Shown: in pieces, positions 46,871 through 55,156 of the stretch | How positions within the stretch are numbered: the stretch's first letter is position 1 | Layout of the letters: each line of letters starts with the position of its first letter | Program-made: the position numbers and the translations under genes | Source: Oliverpabstia sp. | GTDB taxonomy: Bacteria > Bacillota > Clostridia > Lachnospirales > Lachnospiraceae | Direction: 5' to 3' | NCBI GenBank assembly: GCA_034114925.1 | Contig: JAXEUM010000084.1 | Location: forward strand, 49,283-113,282 | DNA length: 64,000 nucleotides | The notes under the pieces: model-generated | Told to the model about the DNA's origin: nothing | Database searches by the model: none | What the model saw: the letters and a program-made list of their open reading frames with translations, nothing else

Positions 46871-46897
46871 GTTACTGTGAACGGAGTGAACAGTAAC
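46871..46897. repeat. 27-bp 8-11-8 palindrome (GTTAC variant) just upstream of lysC
   Basis: GTTACTGT gaacggagtga ACAGTAAC, perfect 8-bp arms. Flanking octamers AAAATGTC / AGAATATC are 6/8 identical. Confidence 0.5.
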
Positions 46898-46926
46898 AGA
46901 ATATCTGCACAGTCAGGAGGAGACGA

Positions 46927-48138
46927 ATGTTAATCGTTAAGAAATTCGGCGGCACTTCAGTTGCCAATAAAGAACGGATTTTTAATGTGGCAAAACGGTG
47001 TATTCAGGATTACCAGAAAGGACACGATGTGGTTGTAGTTCTTTCTGCTATGGGAAAATATACGGATGAGCTGATTGCCAAAGCAAAGGAAATTAATCCC
47101 AATCCGCCGAAAAGAGAGATGGATATGTTGCTTACTATTGGAGAACAGATGTCCGTATCTCTTATGGCTATGGCTATGGCAGAACTGGGTGTTCGGGCGG
47201 TATCTTTGAATGCTTTTCAGGTGCCGATGAATACCACCAGCGCCCATGGAAATGCCCGTCTGAAAAAAATCGACGGAGAACGGATACGCAGAGAACTGGA
47301 TGATCGTAAGATTGTAATCGTTACCGGTTTTCAGGGCGTAAATAAATATGATGACTATACGACTCTGGGAAGAGGCGGTTCTGATACCACAGCAGTTGCT
47401 CTGGCGGCAATTCTTCATGCAGATGCCTGCGAGATCTACACAGATGTGGATGGAGTATATACTGCCGATCCTCGTCTGGTTCCAAAAGCCAGAAAACTGA
47501 AAGCAATCACCTATGATGAGATGTTAGACCTGGCAGCTCTGGGTGCAGGGGTGCTGCATAATCGTTCTGTAGAAATGGCGAAAAAATATGGAGTGCGCTT
47601 GATAGTGCGTTCCAGTTTAAATGAATCAGAAGGGACAGAAGTTAAGGAGGTCGTGAAGAAAATGGAGAGAATGATCATCAGCGGAGTGGCTTTGGACAGA
47701 AATGCAGATCGAATTTCTGTAATAGGAATCCAGGATATACCGGGAAGCGCTTTTAAATTGTTTAATACACTGGCAAGAAGAAATATTAATGTGGATATTA
47801 TCATTCAGTCTGTGGGGCGTGAGGGAACAAAAGATATTTCCTTTACCGTTTCTCATGAGAATCTGAGAGAAGCGATTGAATTGCTGGAAGAATATCAGGA
47901 TGTGTTAGGATTTGAACGGGTGGAATATAACTGCGATGTGGCAAAATTGTCGATTGTGGGCGCAGGGATGATGTCCAACCCGGGAGTGGCAGCAAAGATG
48001 TTTGAATGTCTGTACAGTCAGAATGTAAATATCAATATGATAGCTACATCTGAAATTCGAATCACAGTATTGGTGGATTCTAAGGACGCACTGTCTGCGA
48101 TGAACGCAGTACATGATGCATTTGGTTTATCTGAATAA
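46927..48138 (+). CDS. lysC: Aspartate kinase (monofunctional, two ACT domains)
   Basis: MLIVKKFGGTSVAN, GRGGSDTTAV, and C-terminal tandem ACT regions. Confidence 0.95.
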   Translation: MLIVKKFGGTSVANKERIFNVAKRCIQDYQKGHDVVVVLSAMGKYTDELIAKAKEINPNPPKREMDMLLTIGEQMSVSLMAMAMAELGVRAVSLNAFQVPMNTTSAHGNARLKKIDGERIRRELDDRKIVIVTGFQGVNKYDDYTTLGRGGSDTTAVALAAILHADACEIYTDVDGVYTADPRLVPKARKLKAITYDEMLDLAALGAGVLHNRSVEMAKKYGVRLIVRSSLNESEGTEVKEVVKKMERMIISGVALDRNADRISVIGIQDIPGSAFKLFNTLARRNINVDIIIQSVGREGTKDISFTVSHENLREAIELLEEYQDVLGFERVEYNCDVAKLSIVGAGMMSNPGVAAKMFECLYSQNVNINMIATSEIRITVLVDSKDALSAMNAVHDAFGLSE

Positions 48139-48183
48139 AAAAATGGGTATCGCACATTTGCTTTGGCGATACCCATCTTTTTA
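48139..48183. terminator. Bidirectional terminator between convergent lysC and DUF975 genes
   Basis: A-run, then ATGGGTATCGC (48143-48153) pairing with GCGATACCCAT (48166-48176), then a T-run. Confidence 0.85.
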
Positions 48184-48204
48184 TGCTTGCGATTGTTTTT
48201 ACAA

Positions 48205-48948
48205 TCAGATTTCCTGTGTGATATTTCTGTAGAAATTGGTCTGTGTCATGGTCATATACGGAAGGATCCATAAAAGTCCCAGATAGCAGGAAAGAACACC
48301 AAGAAGGAGAAGTCCCATAAAAGAAAGCTGCAGAACAAAATATCTCCACTTGTTTCCTGTCATAAGTTTGCGGCTTTCTTTCAGAGCCTGCATGGCGCTG
48401 AGATCATCGTAATCTGCCAGCAGAAACATACACAGACTGAAAGAAAGAGAAAAATAAATTACGGCGATGCATCCGATAATCAGTAAAATAATTCCCGCAA
48501 TCATTACAGGAAAAGAAAGCTCCATAAGTATAGTACAGAGTATCAGGATATAACCGGGAGCAACACAGACAAGAGAGATCAGCATGATAAGAAACTGTAA
48601 CAGAATCACTCGATCCGGATGATGGCGGAAGCCATAAAATAAATCATCAAACCGTACAGGGTATCCCCGGCTTCCATCCAGAAACATTTTATTGAATCCC
48701 AGGGCAAATACAGATAAAATTAAAGAAATGATCAGGGAAACAATAAAGTACAGAATCATTTGCGGAATGCTGTGGAATGGGAATCCATTCATCGTAGCAT
48801 TGGTCGTGGTACCAGCAAGGAAAAATCCCAATAATGAGGACAGAACTCCTGAAATCATAAAATACAGGGCATAAGCGCCAATGTAGGTGCCGAATTTTCC
48901 AGCCAACTGCATTCTGGCCATAGCCTTTAATTCTTTTGAACGCTTCAT
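48205..48948 (-). CDS. DUF975-family integral membrane protein
   Basis: MKRSKELKAMARMQLAGKFGTYIGAYALYFMI... is a typical DUF975 N-terminus; about 6 TM. Confidence 0.7.
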   Translation of the reverse strand: MKRSKELKAMARMQLAGKFGTYIGAYALYFMISGVLSSLLGFFLAGTTTNATMNGFPFHSIPQMILYFIVSLIISLILSVFALGFNKMFLDGSRGYPVRFDDLFYGFRHHPDRVILLQFLIMLISLVCVAPGYILILCTILMELSFPVMIAGIILLIIGCIAVIYFSLSFSLCMFLLADYDDLSAMQALKESRKLMTGNKWRYFVLQLSFMGLLLLGVLSCYLGLLWILPYMTMTQTNFYRNITQEI

Positions 48949-48988
48949 AAATAAACCTCCAGGTGAGGGATGAAAGGAAAATATTCGA

Positions 48989-49423
48989 ATGAAACCTGCT
49001 GTAGAAAAGAAATCTTATCGTCTTTGTCAGATTACCTGGTGCCTGTTGGGACTGCTTATTTTAGTTGCCATCAATCTTTATCAAAGAGGTTTTCGGTTAG
49101 AATCCTTTTTACAGATAATACCGCCGTGTGTATTCCGAACTCTTACAGGATTTTACTGTCCGGGCTGCGGAGGTACACGGGCTGTCTTGGAATTGCTCCA
49201 TGGAAATCTCTTTCATTCGTTTTATTATCATCCCATTGTATTATATACCGTAGTATTGTATGGGTGGTATCTCATATCCAATACCATCCAGTGGCTGTCC
49301 CGGGAAAAATATCTTTGGGGGAGCAGATATCACAGATGGTATGGCATCGTTGCCGTTATCATTGTAATTGGCAATTGGATCATAAAAAATCTGTTATTAT
49401 TTTTGGGGATATCCCGTCTTTGA
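48989..49423 (+). CDS. DUF2752-family membrane protein
   Basis: Contains the CP.CG.TR motif (FYCPGCGGTRAV) between TM helices. Chosen over the overlapping alternative-frame ORF 48970..49560. Confidence 0.7.
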   Translation: MKPAVEKKSYRLCQITWCLLGLLILVAINLYQRGFRLESFLQIIPPCVFRTLTGFYCPGCGGTRAVLELLHGNLFHSFYYHPIVLYTVVLYGWYLISNTIQWLSREKYLWGSRYHRWYGIVAVIIVIGNWIIKNLLLFLGISRL

Positions 49424-49432
49424 TTCGGGATA

Positions 49433-50254
49433 TCAGAAGGGATTATTATTATCAGGAAAACTATTTTCAAAAGGAAGATTTTCATAATAATTTTCAAAAA
49501 TATCATCCTCATAATAATCGTCTTCATATTCGTTGTAGAATCTTTCATATTCCTGCATGATTTCGGAATATTGAGAATTTCCAATGGTAAGGAAAAGAAT
49601 CATGGCAATGCCGATTACCGTACCGCCAATGGAAAGACCCAAACCGGCTTTTGCCTGTGGATCCATGGGACCATTTCTTCGGGAAAGGAGAGCAAAAATA
49701 ATTCCCAGCGCTCCAAAGCAAAAAGAAAAGCCACAGCAGATTAATACCACAGATAAAATGCCCATCACCAGTGAAGCCACCGCCATACTGTTTACAGAGC
49801 GAAGAGGCGGACGGGTGGGCGTCTGATTCCAGCCGTTATATTGTCCATTTTGATAGGGATTGTTGTTCTCACCGTTATATTGTCCGTTTTGATAGGGATT
49901 GTTGTTCCAGTCGTTATATTGTCCGTTTTGACCGGGATTGTTGTTCCAGCCGTTATTTTGACTGTTTGGACTGGAATCATTATTCCAAGGGTTATATTGT
50001 CCATTCTGGCTGGAATCGTTGTTCTCGCCATTGTATTGTCCCGCTTGGTAGGAGCCGCTGCTCCAGCCGTCGTTTGTGTTTTCCTGGTACGAATTGTTGT
50101 TCCATTCATTTTTCTGATCCGGCTGATTGTCTTCCGGCTGCTGATAGTTTCCGGAATGTTCCCAAGAAGTGGAATCAGAAGAAATGTTGGAGTTGTTATT
50201 CGAAGAGTCGGTATTATTTTCCGGCCACCAGTCTTGTCTCTGGTTATCGTTCAT
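49433..50254 (-). CDS. DUF4190-like membrane protein with long N/Q/G/W/Y-rich repeat N-terminus
   Basis: N-terminal approximately 150 aa of NNNPYQNGQYNG(W/E)-type repeats. Then MAVASLVMGILSVVLICCGFSFCFGALGIIFALLSRR plus a second TM, and an acidic Y/E/D tail. Confidence 0.65.
   Translation of the reverse strand: MNDNQRQDWWPENNTDSSNNNSNISSDSTSWEHSGNYQQPEDNQPDQKNEWNNNSYQENTNDGWSSGSYQAGQYNGENNDSSQNGQYNPWNNDSSPNSQNNGWNNNPGQNGQYNDWNNNPYQNGQYNGENNNPYQNGQYNGWNQTPTRPPLRSVNSMAVASLVMGILSVVLICCGFSFCFGALGIIFALLSRRNGPMDPQAKAGLGLSIGGTVIGIAMILFLTIGNSQYSEIMQEYERFYNEYEDDYYEDDIFENYYENLPFENSFPDNNNPF
49833..50070. repeat. About six tandem 39-bp coding repeats inside the DUF4190-like gene
   Basis: CCGTTATATTGTCC(A/G)TTTTGATAGGGATTGTTGTT... 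units start at 49833, 49872, 49911, 49950 and 49989, with a degenerate sixth unit near 50030 (period 39). Confidence 0.85.
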
Positions 50255-50328
50255 AAATTCCTCCGTTCTGATCTGTCTTTTGATCTCAACATCAATTTAA
50301 TTTTATATCATGATTTATTAGATGGGAA

Positions 50329-50368
50329 GAATTGTAAAAGTGCAAAGCACAAACAATTCGTCAGGCAT
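50329..50368. repeat. 40-bp segment shared with the mannosidase leader (3312-3352)
   Basis: GAATTGTAAAAGTGCAAAGCACAAACAATTCGTCAGGCAT against GAATTGTGGAAGTGCGAAGTACGAAACAATTCGTCAGGCAT; 35/40 identical by eye. Confidence 0.75.
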
Positions 50369-50430
50369 CTTTGTTATGAGGTAGTATAGCATATTTGAGA
50401 GAAATGTGGCAACAGATGATTTCACAAAAT

Positions 50431-50594
50431 GTAACAGTTCAGCCTGCGCCATTCGTAAAACCGCACTTCGTGCTTATCGTGGCTGACGCCACTGTTTTAC
50501 TCATAAGCGGGTGTTCAGCTCATACAGATGTCCGCTTGCAAAAATATGCAAGCATGTTTTGGGCTTCACGTACACTGTATGGCTGAACTGTTAC
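50431..50594. mobile_element. 164-bp MITE with perfect 14-bp TIRs and 8-bp target-site duplication
   Basis: GTAACAGTTCAGCC (50431-50444) and GGCTGAACTGTTAC (50581-50594). CACAAAAT lies immediately outside both ends (50423-50430 and 50595-50602). Confidence 0.85.
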
Positions 50595-50623
50595 CACAAA
50601 ATCTCTCCCTTCACATCATGATA

Positions 50624-50653
50624 TTGACAAGAGAAGCAGATTTTTGGTAAGGT
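50624..50653 (+). promoter_or_regulatory. Possible sigma-A promoter of tex
   Basis: TTGACA (50624-50629), 18 nt, TGgTAAGGT (-10 at 50648-50653). Confidence 0.4.
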
Positions 50654-50682
50654 AGTACAGGAAAAGAAAGGAGACAGACAAC

Positions 50683-52830
50683 ATGGATATTATTCAGGCA
50701 TTAACCGATGAATTGCAGGTACAAAAATGGCAGATAGAAGCTGCTGTTCAATTGATAGATGAGGGAAATACTATTCCCTTTATTTCACGATACAGAAAAG
50801 AAGCTACAGGTTCTTTGAATGACGAGATTTTGAGAAATCTGCATGAAAGACTTTTATATTTGAGAAATCTGGAAGATAAAAAAACACAGGTGCTTTCCAG
50901 TATTGAAGAGCAGGGAAAACTGACGGAAGAATTGAAAAATGCAATTCTTGCTGCACAGACGTTGGTGGTTGTAGAAGATTTGTACAGACCATATCGTCCG
51001 AAACGTCGTACAAGAGCAACTATGGCAAAGGAAAAAGGACTGGAGCCGCTGGCTGCGATCATCTCACAGCAGACGACGAATATTCCTCTGGAAAAAGAGG
51101 CAGAGCCTTTTGTTTCGGAAGAAAAAGGAGTTGCAGATGTGCAGGAGGCTCTGGCAGGAGCAAAAGATATTCTGGCAGAAAGTATCTCCGATGAGGCTGA
51201 TTATCGAATTCATATTCGTAAAATGACAGTAAAAAGCGGTTCTTTGGCATCTTCTGCAAAAAAAGCGGGAGAAGAATCTGTATACGAGATGTATTATGAT
51301 TTTGAAGAGCCTATTTCCAAACTTGCCGGTCACAGAGTGTTGGCGTTAAACAGAGGAGAAAAAGAAAAAATCCTTACTGTTAAAATTAATGTGCCGGAAG
51401 AAGAAATCCTTTCCTGGCTGAAGCGTCAGGTGATCAAAAATGAGAATCCGTATACGACACCCGTTTTGGAAGCAGTAGTTGAGGACAGTTATAAACGTTT
51501 GATCGCACCGGCTATTGAGAGAGAAATCCGCAGCGATCTTACAGAGAAAGCAGAGGATGGAGCAATCAAAGTATTTGGAAAGAATCTGGAACAGCTTCTT
51601 ATGCAGCCTCCTATTGTGGGAAAGGTAGTATTGGGATGGGATCCGGCTTTTCGTACCGGATGTAAACTGGCAGTAGTAGATGAGACAGGAAAAGTATTGG
51701 ATACTACCGTAATTTATCCCACAGCTCCTACAACAGAAGCAAAAATCAAAGCTGCCAAGGAAACGTTGAAAAAACTGATTTCCAAGTATCATATTGAATT
51801 GATTTCCGTGGGAAATGGTACGGCTTCCCGGGAATCAGAGCAGATTATTGTGGAATTATTAAAAGAGATTCCGGAAAAAGTGCAGTATGTGATCACCAAC
51901 GAAGCGGGAGCTTCTGTATATTCGGCAAGTAAACTGGCAACAGAAGAATTTCCTAATTTCGATGTAGGTCAAAGAAGCGCTGCTTCTATTGCAAGAAGAT
52001 TACAAGATCCCCTGGCAGAATTGGTTAAAATCGATCCGAAAGCTATTGGTGTGGGACAGTATCAGCATGATATGAACCAGAAAAAGCTGGGTGAAGCTCT
52101 TCATGGAGTGGTGGAAGACAGTGTAAATAAAGTAGGAGTTGATTTGAATACGGCATCTGCCTCTCTGTTGGAATATATTTCCGGTATCAGTAAGGTGATT
52201 GCAAAAAATATTGTAGCATATCGGGAAGAGAATGGACGATTCCGCAATCGCCGGGAGCTTTTAAAGGTGGCAAAACTGGGTCCCAAAGCGTTTGAGCAGT
52301 GTGCAGGATTCACCAGAATTCTGGGAGGAGAAAATCCTCTGGATGCCACCAGCGTACATCCGGAAAGTTATGAGGCAGTGGAGAAACTTTTTGGAAAACA
52401 GGGATTTACAGTCAAAGAATATTTTGAAAATGGCCATAAGGCGATTTTTATAAAAGATTATGCACAATTGGCAGAAGAACTGGGGATTGGCGAGATCACA
52501 CTTCGAGATATTATGAAGGAACTGGGACGTCCGGGAAGAGATCCGAGAGAGGATATGCCGAAACCGGTATTACGCTCTGACGTTTTGGATATGAAGGATT
52601 TGAAAGAAGGAATGATCTTAAAAGGAACTGTCCGGAATGTAATTGATTTTGGCGCCTTTGTAGATATTGGCGTTCATCAGGATGGTCTGGTGCATATTTC
52701 CCAGATCAGTGACAAATTTATTAAACATCCCCTGGAAGCAGTGAGCGTGGGAGATGTGGTAGACGTTCGGGTAATCAGTGTGGATTTGAATAAGAAACGA
52801 ATCGGTCTTTCCATGCGGGGAATCAAATAG
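50683..52830 (+). CDS. tex: Tex-like RNA-binding transcription accessory protein (YqgF + HhH + S1)
   Basis: N-terminus ...WQIEAAVQLIDEGNTIPFISRYRKEATG and a C-terminal S1 domain (GMILKGTVRNVIDFGAFVDIGVHQDGLVHISQ). Confidence 0.95.
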   Translation: MDIIQALTDELQVQKWQIEAAVQLIDEGNTIPFISRYRKEATGSLNDEILRNLHERLLYLRNLEDKKTQVLSSIEEQGKLTEELKNAILAAQTLVVVEDLYRPYRPKRRTRATMAKEKGLEPLAAIISQQTTNIPLEKEAEPFVSEEKGVADVQEALAGAKDILAESISDEADYRIHIRKMTVKSGSLASSAKKAGEESVYEMYYDFEEPISKLAGHRVLALNRGEKEKILTVKINVPEEEILSWLKRQVIKNENPYTTPVLEAVVEDSYKRLIAPAIEREIRSDLTEKAEDGAIKVFGKNLEQLLMQPPIVGKVVLGWDPAFRTGCKLAVVDETGKVLDTTVIYPTAPTTEAKIKAAKETLKKLISKYHIELISVGNGTASRESEQIIVELLKEIPEKVQYVITNEAGASVYSASKLATEEFPNFDVGQRSAASIARRLQDPLAELVKIDPKAIGVGQYQHDMNQKKLGEALHGVVEDSVNKVGVDLNTASASLLEYISGISKVIAKNIVAYREENGRFRNRRELLKVAKLGPKAFEQCAGFTRILGGENPLDATSVHPESYEAVEKLFGKQGFTVKEYFENGHKAIFIKDYAQLAEELGIGEITLRDIMKELGRPGRDPREDMPKPVLRSDVLDMKDLKEGMILKGTVRNVIDFGAFVDIGVHQDGLVHISQISDKFIKHPLEAVSVGDVVDVRVISVDLNKKRIGLSMRGIK

Positions 52831-52843
52831 AAGAGAAAATGAG

Positions 52844-52899
52844 AATCTCTCACGGAATATCAGATATAGAAATTCTGATTTCTGTGAGAGATTTTTTTG
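52844..52899. terminator. Terminator between convergent tex and the zinc-ribbon gene
   Basis: AATCTCTCAC (52844-52853) pairs with GTGAGAGATT (52884-52893), followed by TTTTT. Confidence 0.75.
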
Positions 52900-52924
52900 G
52901 TAAAGATATTGCTCTTATCCGTAC

Positions 52925-53587
52925 TTATTCATTGATAAACAGGCTGGCACGCTTATTAAAATAAATCCAGTTGATCACGATCATAACGACACTTCCCACC
53001 AGGTTTCCTATAAGAGCAGCATCTAACAGGGGAACGCCAATCAGGATGGATGCCAGAATCAGATACAGGATATTCAGAGCCAGCGTGTAGATCAGAAATC
53101 CAATGTACCACTGAGGGGCTTTTAACTTAAAATGAGCCAGTTTCTGGCGAACAAGGATGGCAAACACAAAGGCAATCAGATACAGGATAGCAAAACAGAT
53201 ATCCAGTACTTTCAGCTTCATACCATAATAATTATACACGAGGGCGGCATCTGTGGCGCTGCCGTAATGGAGTCCTGTAAAATAAGTAATGGTATTGAAT
53301 ATACAATTTACCATAGCCAGGAATAACTGGAAATAAATAATAAATTTGTACCATTTTAAAGGGAATGGCTGAACCGGTTGGTTATAGCTGCCAGAATACT
53401 GATAAGACGGCTGCTGATAATTCGGCTGTTGCTGGTAATCTGGCTGTTGCTGATAATTCGGTTGCTGCTGATAATTTTGCTGTTGCTGATAAGATTGTGT
53501 CGGCTGCCCTGTCTGAAGGGATTGTCCGCAGGTGGGACAAAAACCAGAAGCATTTTCTACGGGACTTCCGCAATGTGGACAAGTCAT
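52925..53587 (-). CDS. Zinc-ribbon membrane protein with Q/N/Y-rich repeat linker
   Basis: MTCPHCGSPVENASGFCPTCG, then (Q)QQPNYQQ repeats, then about 4 TM helices. Confidence 0.65.
   Translation of the reverse strand: MTCPHCGSPVENASGFCPTCGQSLQTGQPTQSYQQQQNYQQQPNYQQQPDYQQQPNYQQPSYQYSGSYNQPVQPFPLKWYKFIIYFQLFLAMVNCIFNTITYFTGLHYGSATDAALVYNYYGMKLKVLDICFAILYLIAFVFAILVRQKLAHFKLKAPQWYIGFLIYTLALNILYLILASILIGVPLLDAALIGNLVGSVVMIVINWIYFNKRASLFINE
53408..53500. repeat. About five tandem 18-bp coding repeats (PNYQQQ units)
   Basis: CTG(C/T)TGCTGATAATTCGG-type units repeated on the + strand; they encode NYQQQP on the - strand. Confidence 0.8.
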
Positions 53588-53716
53588 AAGAATCCCCCTT
53601 TCGTGTTTGACTTTCGTAGTATTTTAAAGTTATTATAAATGAGAATAAAGTGTTTTGTAAATAGAAATTTTCAGATATAATAAAAAAAATATGACAATTA
53701 AAAGAAAGGATATCGT

Positions 53717-54613
53717 ATGACATTACATCATTTGGAAATCTTTTTGGCGGTATGTGAGGAAAAGACTACTCATGGAGCAGCAAAAAAATTAAATCTGTCT
53801 CAGCCTGCAGTTTCTAAAGGAATAACAGAATTGGAAAAATATTATCAGGTAAAGTTATTTGAACGGATTCGCCAGCGTCTTTACCTTACCGGTGCAGGTG
53901 AAAAAATGCGTATCCATGGGATGCAGGTATTGGAGACATTTCGGCAGTTAGAAGAAGAGATTCGTCAGGAAGGTCAAAGATACCATATTCGAATCGGGGC
54001 ATCTGTAAGTGTGGGTACTAAGATACTTCCGCCGCTTCTTAAAAAACTGGAGAATCTACCGGAAAAGTTTACTTATGAGGCAACGGTGGATAATACCAGC
54101 AGGATGGAACAGATGATAGAAGAGTATGCTCTCGATCTGGCTTTGGTGGAAGGGGCGATAAATAACCCGGATCTGATTGTTCAGGATGTGGCAGAAGATG
54201 AATTGGTGATTGTAGTCAGAAAAAATCATCCGCTGGCGGGAAAGGAAAAAATCATGCTGCAGGAGCTGGAAAAATATCCTTTCGTTTCCCGGGAAGTGGG
54301 CAGCAGTACAAGAAATCAGTTGGAACGATTTCTTGTGGAGGAAGGGTTACAGTTAAAACCAATATATTCCTGCAGTAATACGGAAACCGTAAAGCAGGCG
54401 GTAGAATACACCGATGGATTTGCAATTTTATCAAAAATGATGGCTCAACAGGAAATAGAGGAAGGAAAAATGGAAATACTCCCTCTGGGAAAGAGGGAGT
54501 TTAAGAGAACTATCCGGTTAATTTATCACAAAAACAAATTCATTTCTCCGGAAATGAAGATTTTCATGGAATTATTAGAAAAAATGGTAAAGTCAAAAGA
54601 TGAGATAAAGTAA
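53717..54613 (+). CDS. LysR-family transcriptional regulator
   Basis: MTLHHLEIFLAVCEEKTTHGAAKKLNLSQPAVSKGITELEKYYQVKLFER HTH plus a substrate-binding domain. Confidence 0.9.
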   Translation: MTLHHLEIFLAVCEEKTTHGAAKKLNLSQPAVSKGITELEKYYQVKLFERIRQRLYLTGAGEKMRIHGMQVLETFRQLEEEIRQEGQRYHIRIGASVSVGTKILPPLLKKLENLPEKFTYEATVDNTSRMEQMIEEYALDLALVEGAINNPDLIVQDVAEDELVIVVRKNHPLAGKEKIMLQELEKYPFVSREVGSSTRNQLERFLVEEGLQLKPIYSCSNTETVKQAVEYTDGFAILSKMMAQQEIEEGKMEILPLGKREFKRTIRLIYHKNKFISPEMKIFMELLEKMVKSKDEIK

Positions 54614-55156
54614 AGTTCCAATAACTCCGTTGCCCAGGATAATGAGAATGGGATTGACTTTATATTTTCTCAGGAGAAACAGACTGACAGCAAAGAGAAC
54701 TGTTTCTATATATTTTATGTTTCCCAGGGCAATTTCACCGTTTTGGAATATTCCCAGGGTGAGAATGGAAAGACCGGCGGAAGCGATTAAAGCTACAACA
54801 GCAGGTCGGAGTGCAGCCAGAACTTTCTGGATACCGGAAAAATTTCTGTATTTATAATAAAAATGAGCCAGCGTAAGACAGATAATAAAAGATGGAATAA
54901 TACAGCCAATGGTGCAGATCAAAACTCCCACGATTCCTCCCAACTGCATTCCCACAAAGGTGGAGGAATTGATAGAGATGGGCCCCGGAGTCATTTCTGC
55001 AATAGTTATCAGATCACTGAATTCTTCCAAGGTCATCAATTGATGAATATTGACAATCTGATCCTGGATTAAAGGGATTGCAGCGTAACCGCCGCCCACA
55101 CTGAAAAGTCCTACTTGAAGGAAAGCAAAGAATAATTTCCAGATCATATTATGCAC
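54593..55156 (-). CDS. chrA: Chromate transporter family protein (half-size ChrA, C-terminal-type)
   Basis: FLQVGLFSVGGGYAAIPLIQ...TPGPISIN. Overlaps the upstream half-ChrA by 8 nt and the 3' end of the LysR gene by 21 nt. Confidence 0.85.
   Translation of the reverse strand: MHNMIWKLFFAFLQVGLFSVGGGYAAIPLIQDQIVNIHQLMTLEEFSDLITIAEMTPGPISINSSTFVGMQLGGIVGVLICTIGCIIPSFIICLTLAHFYYKYRNFSGIQKVLAALRPAVVALIASAGLSILTLGIFQNGEIALGNIKYIETVLFAVSLFLLRKYKVNPILIILGNGVIGTLLYLIF

Noticed and set aside
46846-46926. A lysine riboswitch or T-box upstream of lysC.
   Set aside because: The spacer is only 81 nt and lacks L-box blocks (no GAGGCGC/CCGAAG/CTGTCA) and T-box sequences. Only the 27-bp palindrome is present.
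48970-49560. A 196-aa ORF overlapping the DUF2752 gene in another frame. Also ORFs 49584..49826, 49771..50256, 49841..50389 and 49792..50109.
   Set aside because: The DUF2752 frame has the CP.CG.TR motif and TM helices. The others are open only because of the 39-bp periodic low-complexity repeat of the minus-strand DUF4190-like gene.
50395-50586. A 63-aa ORF in the tex upstream region.
   Set aside because: It starts outside the 164-bp MITE, runs through it, and ends within its right-hand terminal repeat. It has no SD and the sequence is not protein-like.
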